Shown: positions 12,096 to 27,220, numbered from the stretch's first letter. The stretch: DNA of 64,000 nt from Paraspadella gotoi (GCA_051294375.1 CM119263.1:18376628-18440627), one strand, 5' to 3'. Made by a program: numbers and translations. The notes: generated by a model from the sequence alone, not told the origin.

Positions 12096-15000
12096 TGTCC
12101 ACCTTACTTATGGCTTCATAGTGTAGTGGTTAACAGGTGTAGAGGGGTAGCGAGGCTGTATGAAATTTTCTGCTGTTCCACCTTACTATGGCTTTCATTA
12201 GTGTAGTGCGCTTACAGGTGCGTTAGCGAGCGGCCTTGTATGAAAAATTTTCTGCTGTCCACCTTTACGTATGGCCTTCATAGTGTGAAGTGGTTACAGG
12301 TGGGTGTAGCGGAGGCTCGCTGCTATGAATTTTTCTGCTGTCCACCCTTACATGGCTTCATAGTTGTAGTGGTTACAGGGTGCGGTAGCGAGGCGGGTAT
12401 TGAAATTTTTCTGCTGTCCACCTTACTATGGCTTCATAGGTGTAGTGCGTTACAGGTGTGCGGTGGTTAGGCCGCAGGCTGTATGAAATTTTGCTGCTGT
12501 TTCCACCTTACCTATTGGCCTTCATTAGGTGTTAGTGGTTACAGTTGGGTAGCGAGGCTGTATGAAATTTTCTGCGCCTGTCACCTACCTAGGCTTTCAT
12601 AGTGTAGTGGTTACAGGTGGGCTAGCGAGGCTTATGAAATTTTCTGCTGTCCACCTACTATGGCTCATTAGTGTAGTGGTTACAGCGTGCCCCGGTAGGC
12701 GGAGGCTGTAATGAAACTTTTTCTGCCCCTGCTCCACCTTACCTATGGCTTCAATAGTGTTAGTGGTTACAGCCATGGTAGCGGAGCTTGGGTTATGAAA
12801 TTTCTGCCTGTCCACCCTTACTATGGCTTCATAGTGTAGTGCGTTACAGTGGGTAGCGCAGGCTGTTATGAAATTTTCTGCTGTCCACCTTACTTATGGC
12901 TTCATAGCTGTAGTTGCCGTTACAGGTGCTGGCGGCGGTAGCCTGAGGGCTGGATGAAATTTTCTGCCTGTCCACCTTACTGTATGGCTTCATAGTTGTT
13001 AGGTGGTTACAAAGGTGGGTAGCGTAGGCTGTATGAAATTTTTTCTGCTGTCCTACCTTTACTATGGCCTTCATAGTGTATGTTACAGTGTGGGTAGCGA
13101 GGCTGTATGAAATTTTCGTGCTGTCCACCTTACTATGGCCCTTTCATAGTGTAGTGGTTACAGGGTGCCGGTAGCGAGGCGCTGTATGCAAATTTTCTGC
13201 TGGGGGTCCACCCTTACTATGCATTCATAGTGTTAGTTGGTTACAGGTGGTAGCCCGCAGCGCTGTTATGAAATTTTCTGCCCTGTCCACCTTACCTATG
13301 GCTTCATAGTGGTAGTGGTTACAGGTGGGCGGCAGCGAGGCTGTATGAAATTTTTCTTTTGCTGTCCACCTTCTTATGGGGCCTTTCGATAGTGTAGTGG
13401 TTACAGGTGCAGTAGGCGAGGCTGGGTATGAAATTTTCTGCTGTCCAACCTTACTAATTGGCTCATTTAGTGTTAATGGTTAACAAGACGTGGCTCGGTG
13501 CGAGGCTGTATGAAATTTTTCTGCCCTGTCCACCTTACTCATGGGCTCATCAGTGTAGTGCCCGTTACAGCATGTGGGCGTAGCGAGTGCGCCTGTATTG
13601 AAAACTGTTCTCTGTCCAACCCTTTACTATTTGGCTTTTCATTAGGTGTTTAGTGGTTTTACAGGCTGGAGGTTAGCCCGGAGCCGGTTATGATTTTCTT
13701 GGGCTGGTCCCACCCTTACCTATGCTTCATTAGTGTAGTGCCCGTTACAGGTGGGACGGTAGCGATGGCTGTTATGAAATTTTCTGCTGTCCACCTTACT
13801 ATGGCGTTCAGTAGTGTTAGTTGGTCTTACAGTGCTCCGCGTAGCGGGCGCTGTATGAAAATTTTCTTGCTGTCCACCTTACTATGGCCTTCATTAGTGT
13901 AGTGGTTACAGGTGGGAGGGTAGCGAGGCTGTATTGAAAAATTTTCTTGCTGTTCCACTCTTACTATGGCTTCATCGTGTAGTGGTTACAGGTGCATGGC
14001 GTCGTAGCGAGGGCTGCATGAAATTTTCTGGCTGTCCACCTTACTATGGCTTTCCATTAGTGTTAGTGCCGTTACAGATTGCGTAAGCGAGGGTTGTTAA
14101 TGAAATTTTCTTGCTGTCCCACCTTACTATGGCTTTCCATTTAGGGGTGTAGGTGGCTTTACAAGTCTCTGTGCTGCCGGTTAGGCGAGGCCTGTTATGA
14201 ATTTGGTCTGCTGTCCACCTTACTATGGCTTTCATAGTTGTTAGTGGTTTACCAGTGTGGGTAGCGGAGGCCTGGTATGAAAATTTTCTGCTGTCCACCT
14301 TACTTATGGCTTTCCATAAGTGTAGTGGTTACAGCGTGTGTAGCCGATGGCTGTTATGAAATTTTTTCTGCTGTCCACCTTACTATGGCTTCATTAGGTG
14401 TAGTGGTTACAGGTGGTAGCGCACGGCTGTATGAATTTTCTTGCTGCTCCACCTTACTATGGCTTCCATAGTGTAGTGCTATACAGGTCGATCGTAGCGA
14501 GGCGCTTGTATGAAATTTTCTGGCTGGGGTCCAAACCCTTTACTATGGGCCTTCATAGGGTTGTAGTGCGTTACAGGTGGGGTTATGGGCAAGAGGCTGT
14601 TAAAGAATTTTTTTCCTGGCCTGGTCCCACCATTAACGCTTTGCTTTCCAAGTGTAGTGCGTTACAGGTGGGTTAGCCGGGAGGCCTGGGTATGAAAAAA
14701 TTTTCCATCTGTTCCACCTTACCTATGGCTTCATAGTGTAGGTGGTTACAGGTGGCGGTCAGCGCAGGCCTCGTATGAAATTTTCTGGCTATGTCCACGC
14801 TTACTAGGCTTCATAGTGTAGATGGTTACAGGTGCGGACGCGATGGCTGTTATTGAAATTTTCTGTGCTGTCCACCTTACTATGGCCCTTCATAGTGTTG
14901 AGTGCGTTACAGGTGGGTAGCGAGGCTGTATGAATTTCTGCTGTCCACCTTACTCATGGCTTCATTAGTGCTAGTTAGTGGTACAGGTGTGGGGTAGCGA

Positions 15001-15850
15001 GGCTGTTATGAAATTTTCTTGCTGTCCACCTACTATGGCCTTTCCATAGTGTAGTGGTTACAGGTGGCGGTAGCGAGGCTGTATTGAAATTTTCTGCGTC
15101 CACCTTACTATGCCTTCATAGAGTGTATGTGGTTACAGGTGGGTAGCGGGCTGTATGAAATTTTCTGCTGTCCACCTTACTATGGCCTTCAGTAGTGTAG
15201 TTGGTTACAGTGCTGGGGATAGCTGAGGCTGTATGAAATTTTCTGCTGTCCACCTGACTATGGCCTTCATTAGCTGTAGTGGTTACAGTGTGTGGTTTAG
15301 CGAGGCTGTATTGAAATTTTTCTGCTGTCCACCTTACTTGGCCTTCATAGTGTTATGCTGGTTACAGGTGACGCTGGTTAGCGAGGCCTGTATGAAAGTG
15401 TTTCTGCTGTCACACCTTACTATGGCTTTTCATAGGCTGTAGTGGTTACAGCGTGGTAGCGAGGCTGTATGAATTTCTGCTGTCCACCTTACTATGGCCC
15501 TTCATAGCCTGTAGTGGCTTACAGGTGGGTAGCGAGGCCTGTATGAAATTTTCTGCTGTCCACCTGTACTATGGCTTCATAGTTGTAAGGTGCGTTACAG
15601 GCTGGTAGCGAGCGGCTCGTATTGAAGATTTTTCTGCTGTTCCACCTACTTATGGGTAGGGCCTTTCATAGATGTAGTGGGATTACAGGTGGGTAGGACC
15701 GAAGGCTGTATTGGCAAATTTTTTCTGACTGTCCACGCTTATATTGGCTTCATAGCTGTTAGTGTTGCGCTACAGGTGTGTGAGAGGTAGCGAGGCTGTA
15801 GGTTGCACAATTATTCTGCTTGGGTCGGACCTTACTATGCGCTTTCATAG
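11925..15850. repeat. Tandem satellite, about 70-bp consensus unit, roughly 50 copies
   Basis: Consensus by eye GTAGCGAGGCTGTATGAAATTTTCTGCTGTCCACCTTACTATGGCTTCATAGTGTAGTGGTTACAGGTGG. Observed spacing is about 75-80 bp because of scattered single-base insertions. The first units also appear at about 10500-10711. Confidence 0.97.
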
Positions 15851-15859
15851 TTGGGGGAG

Positions 15860-17592
<1,733 letters not shown>

Positions 17593-17822
17593 CTTTAAAT
17601 TTTTTTTGTTTCAAAACATTAAAACGGTTTAAATTAACGACAAAAATCATTTTTTCGATGCTAGAAAAACATAAAAAAAAAAGGTTTAAAAACGAACAAA
17701 TAATGTGAGAGTAAGATTTAAAAGAAAACTCAAGTTTGACGAACGAGGTCGTGGCGTCAAACTAATTCACCTCCGCAAAAATCGAATCGACACCTAAGAG
17801 GGACAACTTGGTAGAGCTCACG

Positions 17823-17880
<58 letters not shown>

Positions 17881-17983
17881 ACTCTCTCTCTCTCTTTATC
17901 AATATGGATGTTTGCCTGGAAGACTCTTTGCGTGACGGATCGGCCGAGGGAGTTCCCTGCGACCGCGGGTGAAAGATGGAAAC

Positions 17984-18023
<40 letters not shown>

Positions 18024-18849
18024 CCCCAATAGATGTCGGAGGGAGAAATGAGTGATTGTAGCCCTCACGGTCGAATCTGTCGTCATTTTGAGTCCGCCTG
18101 AGATACGATCCCCGGTTTTGATCACTTATCATGCGAGGAGAAAGGGCACGGACGGAGCCATGTACGTGGCGTCTCTATGTCTGTTGATTAGTCCCTGCGT
18201 TAGTCGAGGCGTTGGTTTTGTGATATTGTTAAAGGAAGAAATAAAGTAGATATCAAACAAACCAAAAGATATTAAATGATTGTGATATCTTACATGTACG
18301 CAGTAAACGAACTAATGCCAAGAATTCTGTAAATGAGATTTTTTTCTTTTATCAAAAAAGAAACTTTAGCCCGAACAAAAAACTCATTCGTTACGCGAAT
18401 TTCGTAAATAAAAATGTTGTGCCAACCTTTCCACCCGCTGCCCATTGATCACCGACGGGCATCGCATCGTCGACGAGATATTTGACCAAAATGGAGAAGG
18501 GAGGTCGTCGCCTTCGCCTTTGCCCCCAACGCATTCAAAATATTCGCCATCTTTTTTTTTTCTCAAGGGTCAATCTCGAACGTCATCGTTAAAATATGAA
18601 GGCTCTTAAAATCTCGGTGCCCGACCGAAAAAAAAAGCCCTTACCCTCGTTCCCCGCAAAGCCTCACCACCGCTCGTCCCCTCGAGACCTTACCCCATTA
18701 CCCGCCCGCCTCCGAAACCCCTCCGCAGTCGTGACCGTTTCGTCGTCCCCCAGAAAACCCGGTCGCCTTTTTGGACGTCAAGAAAATTTCGCGGGCCTCC
18801 AAAAAAATATGGAACATTTTCGTGAGTCGACGAAGCGAAGCGAGAATGA

Positions 18850-19140
18850 GGGAACGGGGCGAGAATTGGTGAACAGACGGGGAGTGAGGAGATGTGAGAA
18901 CGGGGGCGGGGAATTGGTGATTTGATAAGGAGAGAAGAGATGGGAGAACGGGATTGGAATCGGGGAATAGATGGGTAATAAACGAGATGGTAGAAAGGTA
19001 CCGGGATTGGTGAACAGATGGGGAGAGAAAAGATGGGAGAACGGGACGGGAATTGGTGAACATACAGGGAGAGAGGACAGGAAAGAACGGGGACTAGAAT
19101 AGGTGAACAGATGGGAAGTGAAGAGATGGGAGAACGAAAT
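18850..19140. repeat. Purine-rich minisatellite, about 47-bp unit, about 6 diverged copies
   Basis: GAATTGGTGAACAGATGGG...AGATGGGAGAACGGG motif recurring at about 18863, 18911, 18958, 19004, 19050 and 19097. Confidence 0.75.
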
Positions 19141-21056
19141 AAGAGAACAGTAAAATTATGTGAGAAATACGGATTGAAGAGAAAAGTTGAGAAGAGCAGA
19201 TGGATAATCTTTTAAGAAGCATGTGGACGGGAACGAAATGGTTAATGGGACTGGGAACACTGGGTGCTGAATGAAATGGAAGAATATAGAAAGGAAATCG
19301 AGATAATATAAAGTGAAAGGTTGAATTGGAACTTGAAGTGAGGAATGTGGAAAGCGAAAAAAACTTCATAAAATTAAACTAATTTTAATAAACATAAAAG
19401 ACGATAGAAATGAGGGTTCAAGGATTTATAAAGAGATAAGATTACAAAACGAAACAAAAATAAACTAACAAGAAGTAAAAAAAAAAAAAAAAATCAGAAG
19501 AACGACTAAAAAAAATACGACGTTGACAATTACATTGGATTATGGACATGTGAATTAGTGAATTTGTGAATTTGTGTAGTCAACGCAGAAACTTAACTTT
19601 TGTTGTTTTGTCGAATAAAAATCTCCGTCGTTCATCTTGATTCCCTCGTCGAAAACGTCTTCCTCGTTTTCTTCGTCGTCGTCGTCGTTGTCGTCGTCGT
19701 CGTCGTCATCGTCGTTACCGCGATCGTCGTCGTCTTCCTGGTCGTCGTCGTCTTCCTGGTCGTCGTCGGTTTATCTTCCATTTTATTTTCCACCTTCTCG
19801 TTGGTCTCAATTTTCCACCTCATTTGATGGCGATCTTTCTTTGCCCCTCACAAACGCAGAAGCTTCGTCTGACGTTCTCTCTCTTTCTCTCTCTCCTCTC
19901 TTCTCTCTCTCTCCTCTCTCTAGTCTCTCTCTCCCTCCCTCTCTCTTCTCTCTCGTCTCTCCTCTCGTCTCTTCTCATCGTCACTCTCTACTCTCTCTTT
20001 CTCTCTCTTTCTCTCTCTCTCTCTCTCCCTATCACAATTCTTCGTCTCACTTTTTTTTTCGTTGGCTCACGCTAAAATTTGACGACTCATTGGACGCAAG
20101 ATCAAAAGAAAAAAGGGGGCGTTGGAGCGGAAAGAAGGGAAGAAGATCAAAAGAAAAAAAGGAAATAAAAATTATCAAAAAAAGAAACAAAAAAAGAAAG
20201 ACAAAAGATACATAGTCGAGACGAAAAATTGAAAGCTCAAATCGTTCAAACGAAAGCGATATTTCACTTAATTAACGTAAATAATTTTTCAAGAAAGATA
20301 TATCTGCCAAAAGTGGCAATGAGAAAGAAAGAATTTGGAAATTATTTGGTTTTTAGTTATCACTGTCTTTGAAGTACCTAAATTTTTTTTACTGGAGCAA
20401 CAGGCAACTGCTGAGGTTTAACATCCCTCAGAAACCTTAGGCTTAGGAGGCAACTTGGAAAAACTTAAATGTTAAGTCCATAATTGAGATCCAGGTCCCC
20501 CAAAAAAATACTACATAGTAGAGAACACGAGCCAGCTTGATTCCAAAGAATAGACTTAACCCTTTCGTCCGCGCAGCCGTCTTATTTTCTCCAATTCTTC
20601 TCCGGTTTTTGAAACCGTCCTTTCTCAGTATTTCCATCTCTCCATCGCAGTCGCCAGCGTCGTTTCCAATTTATATCATGAGCACGCATCATTGTCAGAT
20701 TTCCGACGAATAAAAAATACAGAGATTTTTTTTCTCTCTCTCGTTTTTTTCTCCATTTTTATTCTAGCTTCCCTCTTCAAAAAAAAATAATTCCATTTTC
20801 TCTTTTCCTACTTTTTTTTTTCCCTTATCCATCTCTTTTGTGTCCTGGTTGAGGAAAAAAGTGGTCACAGCATGGGCAAAGTTTGGCATTTTGGCTTCTC
20901 TGCAACGCGACGGGTTCGGGAGGGCGAGGATTTGGGGACGTTGGGGAGTGTTGAGGGATTTGAGGGAGGGGGGGCGGTGGTGGCTGAGTCGAAACAAGTT
21001 GGAGGTCAAAGAATGGAGAGAAAGGTCGGGATTTTCTGGGTATGAGAGAGAGAGAG

Positions 21057-21131
<75 letters not shown>

Positions 21132-21201
21132 TCTTTAACCTCTGGAATCAAGGGAACTTCCCTTTTGCGCATACGATGTCAATGAAAAGGTTAAGTAAAA
21201 T

Positions 21202-21292
21202 GTTTTTTATTAACATAATAAGTACGTTATTAAAATTTGTGAAATTCACTTTCACAAATTTTAATAACGTACTTATTATGTTAATAAAAAAC
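21202..21292. repeat. Perfect inverted repeat, 43-bp arms with 5-nt loop
   Basis: GTTTTTTATTAACATAATAAGTACGTTATTAAAATTTGTGAAA (21202-21244), loop TTCAC, exact reverse complement at 21250-21292. Confidence 0.95.
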
Positions 21293-22355
21293 TTTGACTC
21301 ATGCTTCACTTTCACTTCCAAATCGTTGTTTTGTTTTTCTAAATGTAGGACTTGAAAAGTGTTTTATATTGAAAGTTGAATCTCCACGACGAGGCTTTTC
21401 GTTGAAGCAGGAATCCGAATAATAGGCGGGTGAAAAAGAGGCGGGCCGATAGGACGCGGAGACGGAATCAACAATCGATGCGGCGGTGTTAGAAATCCAA
21501 TCTTTTGTTCTAATCCCCCACAAGCCTTAAAGGTTTTCGAAGGTGAGCGTCGAAACGAAAAAAAAGAAAGATTAATCCAAAACAAATCGTTAAAAAAGGA
21601 AAAAAAGGCTGTTTTGTCGAGCGAAGAAAGAGGACGAAAAGACGGAGAAAGGAAAGCGGAAAAAGGATTGAGAGAAAGGTGGGACAAAAACAAATGTTCG
21701 TTTACGTAGTAAAAACTAGGTGAGTTAGAGAAGTGAGACAGAACAGTTTGACGAACGAAAGAGAATATATATACGATTTAAACGTTCTGAAAGTTGAAAA
21801 ACCCCATAACCCAATAAACATTAGATAATCAAAATTACAAACAATCTAGTTAAAAAATCGATTGAAAAATAAAACAAGCCCCGGGTTTTTCACGATTCAA
21901 CAGCCGAGTCTGATTAAAGTCCCGAACTTCGTTTTTATTTCTCTCTAATTTTTAACTCTCTCTTCTTCTCTTCTGCCAATTCATTCACCGACTTTCTTCA
22001 TTTAAGAACTTTCTCGAATGTTCTCTTGACTTTGAGTTTCGTTGTCGCTAATGAAGAAAGTCGCTTTCTCAAGACAAAAGCGCAACTTGAAAGAGTTAAT
22101 CGAAGAAAAACTTTAATTTCACAGCTGAACACTTTACACTGTCAATCCATAAAATGATCCAATTTTAAAATTTAAAAATTTTTAAAATTCCTCCGATTCA
22201 TTTGCATTTTGCTTTTTGAACAAAAAAAAAAAATTATCTCCGCCTTCCGCTCATTATTTTTTTTCTTTCTTTTTTGGGCCGGAGAATTGGAAAACAGAAT
22301 CCCGGCGGGGAGATGGCTGGGGACGTCGCTTCATTAACGAAAAACGCGAGGAGAA

Positions 22356-22391
22356 CCAATCGCAGAACGTCTTTTTGTCCTTCCAGCCAAT
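22356..22391 (+). promoter_or_regulatory. Tandem CCAAT (NF-Y-type) boxes 31 bp apart
   Basis: AACCAATCG and AGCCAATGAG at about three helical turns spacing, in a CpG-rich patch with GGCGGG upstream. Motif match only. Confidence 0.3.
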
Positions 22392-23212
22392 GAGAGCGCA
22401 GCTAAACGTTCTAGCGGCTTAATTGCCAAGAATAAGCAAAGAAAGTTGTAGCTTTGCTCTCTTACGGAGGGAAAATATTGTAACGAGTTTTGTAAAAATA
22501 GTAAAAAGAGGAAAGAGGCAAGAGAAATCCTTGAAAAATTTTCGTCGAACAATCCAAATATTATATTTGTATTGTTCGACGAAAATCCATACATACTTAC
22601 CACAATGATCTAATCTAGAATTTTTTAGGCAATGCTTAGTGAAATCAGGCCGTATTTTGAAGCAAAAAAAAGAGGGGGGGGGCTCCGAGGTCGAAAAACC
22701 GCGAGATTAAAAAGCGGAGAATCGTAAAAAGAGAGAGAGAACACGGAGGCGGGGGGGGTGGGGGCGGGGTGGGGGGGAGACAGAGGGGGTGGGGCGGGAC
22801 GGGGGAAAAGAAAATTTGTCCTCGACTTGAAGAACAACGAAAAATCAAGAGGAAACTTGAAAAGGATTTAAAAAAAGAAAAAAAAATTCGGGAGAAGGCG
22901 GTTTGTAAACCATCCATTTTTAGAACTAGAAACAAGAAACCGGCGCAATAAAGAAAATTGTGTCCCTTATTGGGTACAACGCACGAACAATTTTTCTTGA
23001 AGGCTAATATAATTGCATTACAATCAAATAAGAAACTCTTGTTTGGGTATTTGGACGATAGAAAAACAAAAAAGTTGGCATGAGAAAGAAAATTGGTTGT
23101 AGAAAAAAATTTAGGAGCATGCAACACAAATAAAACGACAACAACGAGAAGAAATAAAGTTGCGCGAAAATTTTTGACGTCAACGTAGATGAAACGCTCC
23201 ACTCGTCAAAAA

Positions 23213-23248
<36 letters not shown>

Positions 23249-23564
23249 TAATCGACGAAGTCAGAAACGTCAGAGTTGATGAAATTCGATATTTGTTTTA
23301 CGTCGATGAACGGCGATGGAGGTCGCTAGGGTCTGGATTCAGAAAATGCCCCAAATGCGGGTAGAGTCTCGGAAATGCGAGAGACGCCTCCGGAGAAGGA
23401 GATGTAACAGAAAAGGAGTCAGGCACGACTTGTGGCGTCATGGGAATAACGCGGGAAAATGACCGGGTATTAAATTCGGTTTGGTTTGAAAAGCTCGAAA
23501 TAAATTGGTATTTTTATAAACTATGTTTCGATCGGTTCGATCAATGAAACAAAATTAAACTTTT

Positions 23565-23707
23565 CCTAATCCTTAATCACTAACTCCAACCCCTTACCCT
23601 GAATGAAAAATCCCTAAATATAATCCTTAATTATAATCACTAATCTCTGACCCTAATCCTTAGCCCAATCCCAAACCTGATCCCTATCCCTAACCTCAAA
23701 CTTAACC
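23565..23707. repeat. Degenerate telomere-like (CCCTAA)n hexamer tract
   Basis: About 6-bp periodic variants CCCTAA/CCTTAA/CACTAA/CCCTGA/CCCTAT. Confidence 0.55.
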
Positions 23708-26439
23708 ATTAAAACATCAAAGGTGGAATCTAAACCAAGGAATCGAATCGGATTCTTATCGGAATCAAACCGTATCAGAGACTCGGATGAAATCAACCAA
23801 GAATTCACTGATTGGACGAATCACCTCCGGAATCAACCAATGAGAAGAGGGGCTTTATGCCAAATTTAGGATGAAATGTGGAAAATGTGGCCCCTTAATG
23901 GGCTTCAATGGGAACGTTATCAAAAATCCTTAAAAAATGATTATTGAGAATAATTCTGATGAGGATGATTACTCAATTTGGCTTTGAATTATATCAGTAA
24001 TGAAGGGCGACATTAACCATCGTCAATGGCGAATAAGATCTGGAGCAAAGGTCTTAAAAATACGAGCATAAAAGATAAAACACCGGCGCACGAAATTTCC
24101 CCGGTGGCTACGAGTTATGGGTTCATCACTGCCACAGGGCTGGTTTTGTGTGTTCTTCCTTGGTTTGTTACTTATTTATCGTTAAAAAAAATAAATTGCA
24201 ACTGTATTCTCTGCGATAAGCTAAGCGCGTTATTGCAAACATAATTTGGGAATTTTTATGTACAAAATATATTTTCCTTTTATATATATAAACTTCGGTT
24301 ATATTCTATTTCCCTCTTTTTTCCTCTTCATCGGATAAACTAATTTCCTACTTTTTCATCCTTCCAATCATCGACCTTTCTCCCATCACTTTTTTCTTTT
24401 ATATTCCATTTTTATCTTTTTCTTTTCACCCCAAACTTTTTCACTCTCCCTCCCGACTGCCTCCATCGACCATCAGAGTTGATCAAAATCGACCGCAAGA
24501 TTCCATGGACCAGAAATCTGATCGGAATCAAATTTCCTCCCATAATTAGTTTTCTCGGTTTTTAGTTTTATTTTTTTTTCTAACCGGATTTTTTGACAGA
24601 TTATTTCTGAAAAATTGTTCAGTCGTGGGAATTAATACTAATCGGCGAAATTAACTAGAAATCAATGTCTAAATTGATTTTTTAAGAAATTTGGCTTTAA
24701 ATATAAGTTTTATGAGCATTCAGCATACCCCATCCATTAGCAATCTCCGCTGCCACCTCCAATACACCTTCGTATCCTCCATCGTCTCGAGGCCGCATCA
24801 TCACGCACCCGGGCACGCTCCGCTCCCCGAAGCGTCTCGTCAAACGTCCCACGACGACCGGAATCGAATTTCCCTTTTGTTTTCCTTTCGTTCGAATATG
24901 AAAATAATTCGAGATGACAAATTTTATTTTGTTTTCGACGGAAATCAAAAAAATAAAATCGAAAGAAACCAGGCGGAGATTTGTATTGTTTAAATAAGAG
25001 AGTAATAACAGCAATGCACCGTGTTTTTCAAAAAAAAAAGAAAAAAATATGCAATGAATATCATTGTGCACGTATGCTATATATACTTATTTAGTTTTTA
25101 TAAGTCTGTGACGTGTGACCAAAGGTCAGTGACCAATACAGACTTCATTGACTATCCTAAATTTTGCTAAACTGATCGAGTTTAGGCTTTAGAACATTAA
25201 AGTTAGTTAACTTGATTGCGTCTTTGAAACAAAGGGTTGTTAAATAAGGAGAAAGAGGATGAGGAGTTGCAAAGGAAGAGGAGGAGGAAATCAAAGAGAA
25301 TGGAATCCGGTAAATTTAGTGGACGTCGCGGGAGAAGAGAGAAAAAGAAAAGAAGAAAGAGAGCTGAAGAGAGAGAATGAGGAAAGAGAAGTCCAAAGGT
25401 AAAACCAGTCGATAAGTCAGGGAGTGAAATTGGAAACAAAAAAGGAACAAAAAAAAAAAAAAAAAAACTGAGTAAAATCTATTTCCGTTTAAGCGTCTCT
25501 GTCTTTCGCTAAGGATCAAGAGGCGGATAAGGCGTGACATTGGCCCAGGATTAGGCGCCGAGATTAAAGGATGTAAAGATCTTTCTGACGCTTGGGTGCG
25601 GAGGGGCGCGGTTAAAGACGAGGAGATTCTTTGGGTAGGGAAAAGAGAGATACGGGTGAAAAGAGTGATTTGAAGTGAGTAAATGGTGATTTGCGAATGA
25701 AGAAATTCGGAGAGGAATCGTCATTCACCTTCTTCCACTAGTTCGCGATACATTAACTGAACGTCTCTCTCTCTCTCTCTCACTCTCTCTCACTCTCTCT
25801 CTCACCCTCCCTCGACTTACGTTTCCTCTTTCGCTGATTCGATCGAAAACCTTTCGCCAGATTAACTTCAGTCGCGACTCAATAAATTCACCTTCGATAT
25901 CTGAGTGAATTAAAAAATGACAAACATCATCCAACTTAACCTATTTTTGTTTCGTTCAACGAACTAAAAATCAAAATGTAAATCTCAGATCCTCTGTTTC
26001 TGTCTCAAAGCTGGATGTCTCCCCCTCGCCCCCTTCCACTCAAATACCGTTTCCGCTTTAGCCGAGATTCGCCGTAAATCGAGTTTCGTTTTATCGTCTT
26101 TTTACTGTATTTTTCCTCGCGCGGTTCCACCCGCTTTGGGGAAGATACAGTGGCGACGACGACGACGACGACGACGACAACGAAAGGGAACTTTTATTGT
26201 TTACATCGGCGCAGGCCACTCGTAAACAACCCCACAACCTTATCACCGCCCCCGCTCCCTCCGCTTTCCGGTTTCCGCAATCGAAACTAACATTTGCGTC
26301 ATCGCAAGCGTCATTTACAAACGCACAAACACACAAACACAACCGTCACAACGCGTCAAAACGCCGATTCCACCGCAAGCATCACCACAACCTCACTACG
26401 AAAATCGCCCAGCGGCGTTTCTGAGCCAAAATTCAATAT

Positions 26440-26523
<84 letters not shown>

Positions 26524-27220
26524 CCAATCATTACAAAACGAAAGCGACGCCTATCGTCGTTTTTTCTTTTTTTTTTCGGGTTTAACCGAATTTTTTGCTC
26601 CCGGCTTAAAACCAAAAATCATTTCCATTTCCGGAAAAAAAATTTTCTCTTTGAGTTCAATTTTTTCCCTTCTTTTTGGTTATTTGTCATTTTTAATCTT
26701 TCATCACTATGTATTATTGCCTCGAGAGCATTTTCAATCTGAGCTTTTTTAATTTTTAATTATTTTTCACTTCACACCCTTTTATTTTTTTATAAGTTGT
26801 TTTAAAATTCATTAAGTAATAATATGTAAGTAACTCAGCACTGATCGGACAAGTACTATGATCGGAGAGCGGACCAAATTCTGAAGAAAAGTCTGCAAGC
26901 AAGAACTTCCCTTGAGTGCAGGCAACGTTGATGTCAACGATGCCGACGATCGCAAATGGGCATGGAACCAACATGGATCCAAAACGCCGAGCTGAACCTC
27001 GCCAGTGAATTCCTCAGCTCATGAATTTTATCCCTTGTCTTTTTTTTTTGGACATGATATTGCAATAACGTTTCGTTTTAAAGATTTTAACCATTAGATT
27101 TATTATCGCAGGAACTAACGCTACGGAATCTACGCTAAAGCAAAATGTCCGGCAGAAGGAGAGACGTGAAAAAGTAACAAGGGAACCAAGTTCACGTCTC
27201 CAGCCTTTTAACCCCAATTT

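Noticed and set aside
11925-15850. CRISPR array (palindromic repeat at regular spacing)
   Set aside because: The entire unit repeats and there are no unique spacers. Variation looks like random indel noise, there are no cas genes, and the context is eukaryotic.
11925-15850. Hammerhead ribozyme satellite (CTGTATGA resembles CUGAUGA)
   Set aside because: The core has an extra base and is not followed by stem II then GAAA; no stem I/III arrangement on either strand.
20556-20570. piggyBac-like end TTAACCCTTTCG
   Set aside because: No convincing matching opposite terminus found in the window.
26890-27008. Coding-looking segment (CKQELPLSAGNVDVNDADDRKWAWNQHGSKTPS)
   Set aside because: Bounded by stops, no clear splice sites, frame not preserved in copy C, and no recognised homology.
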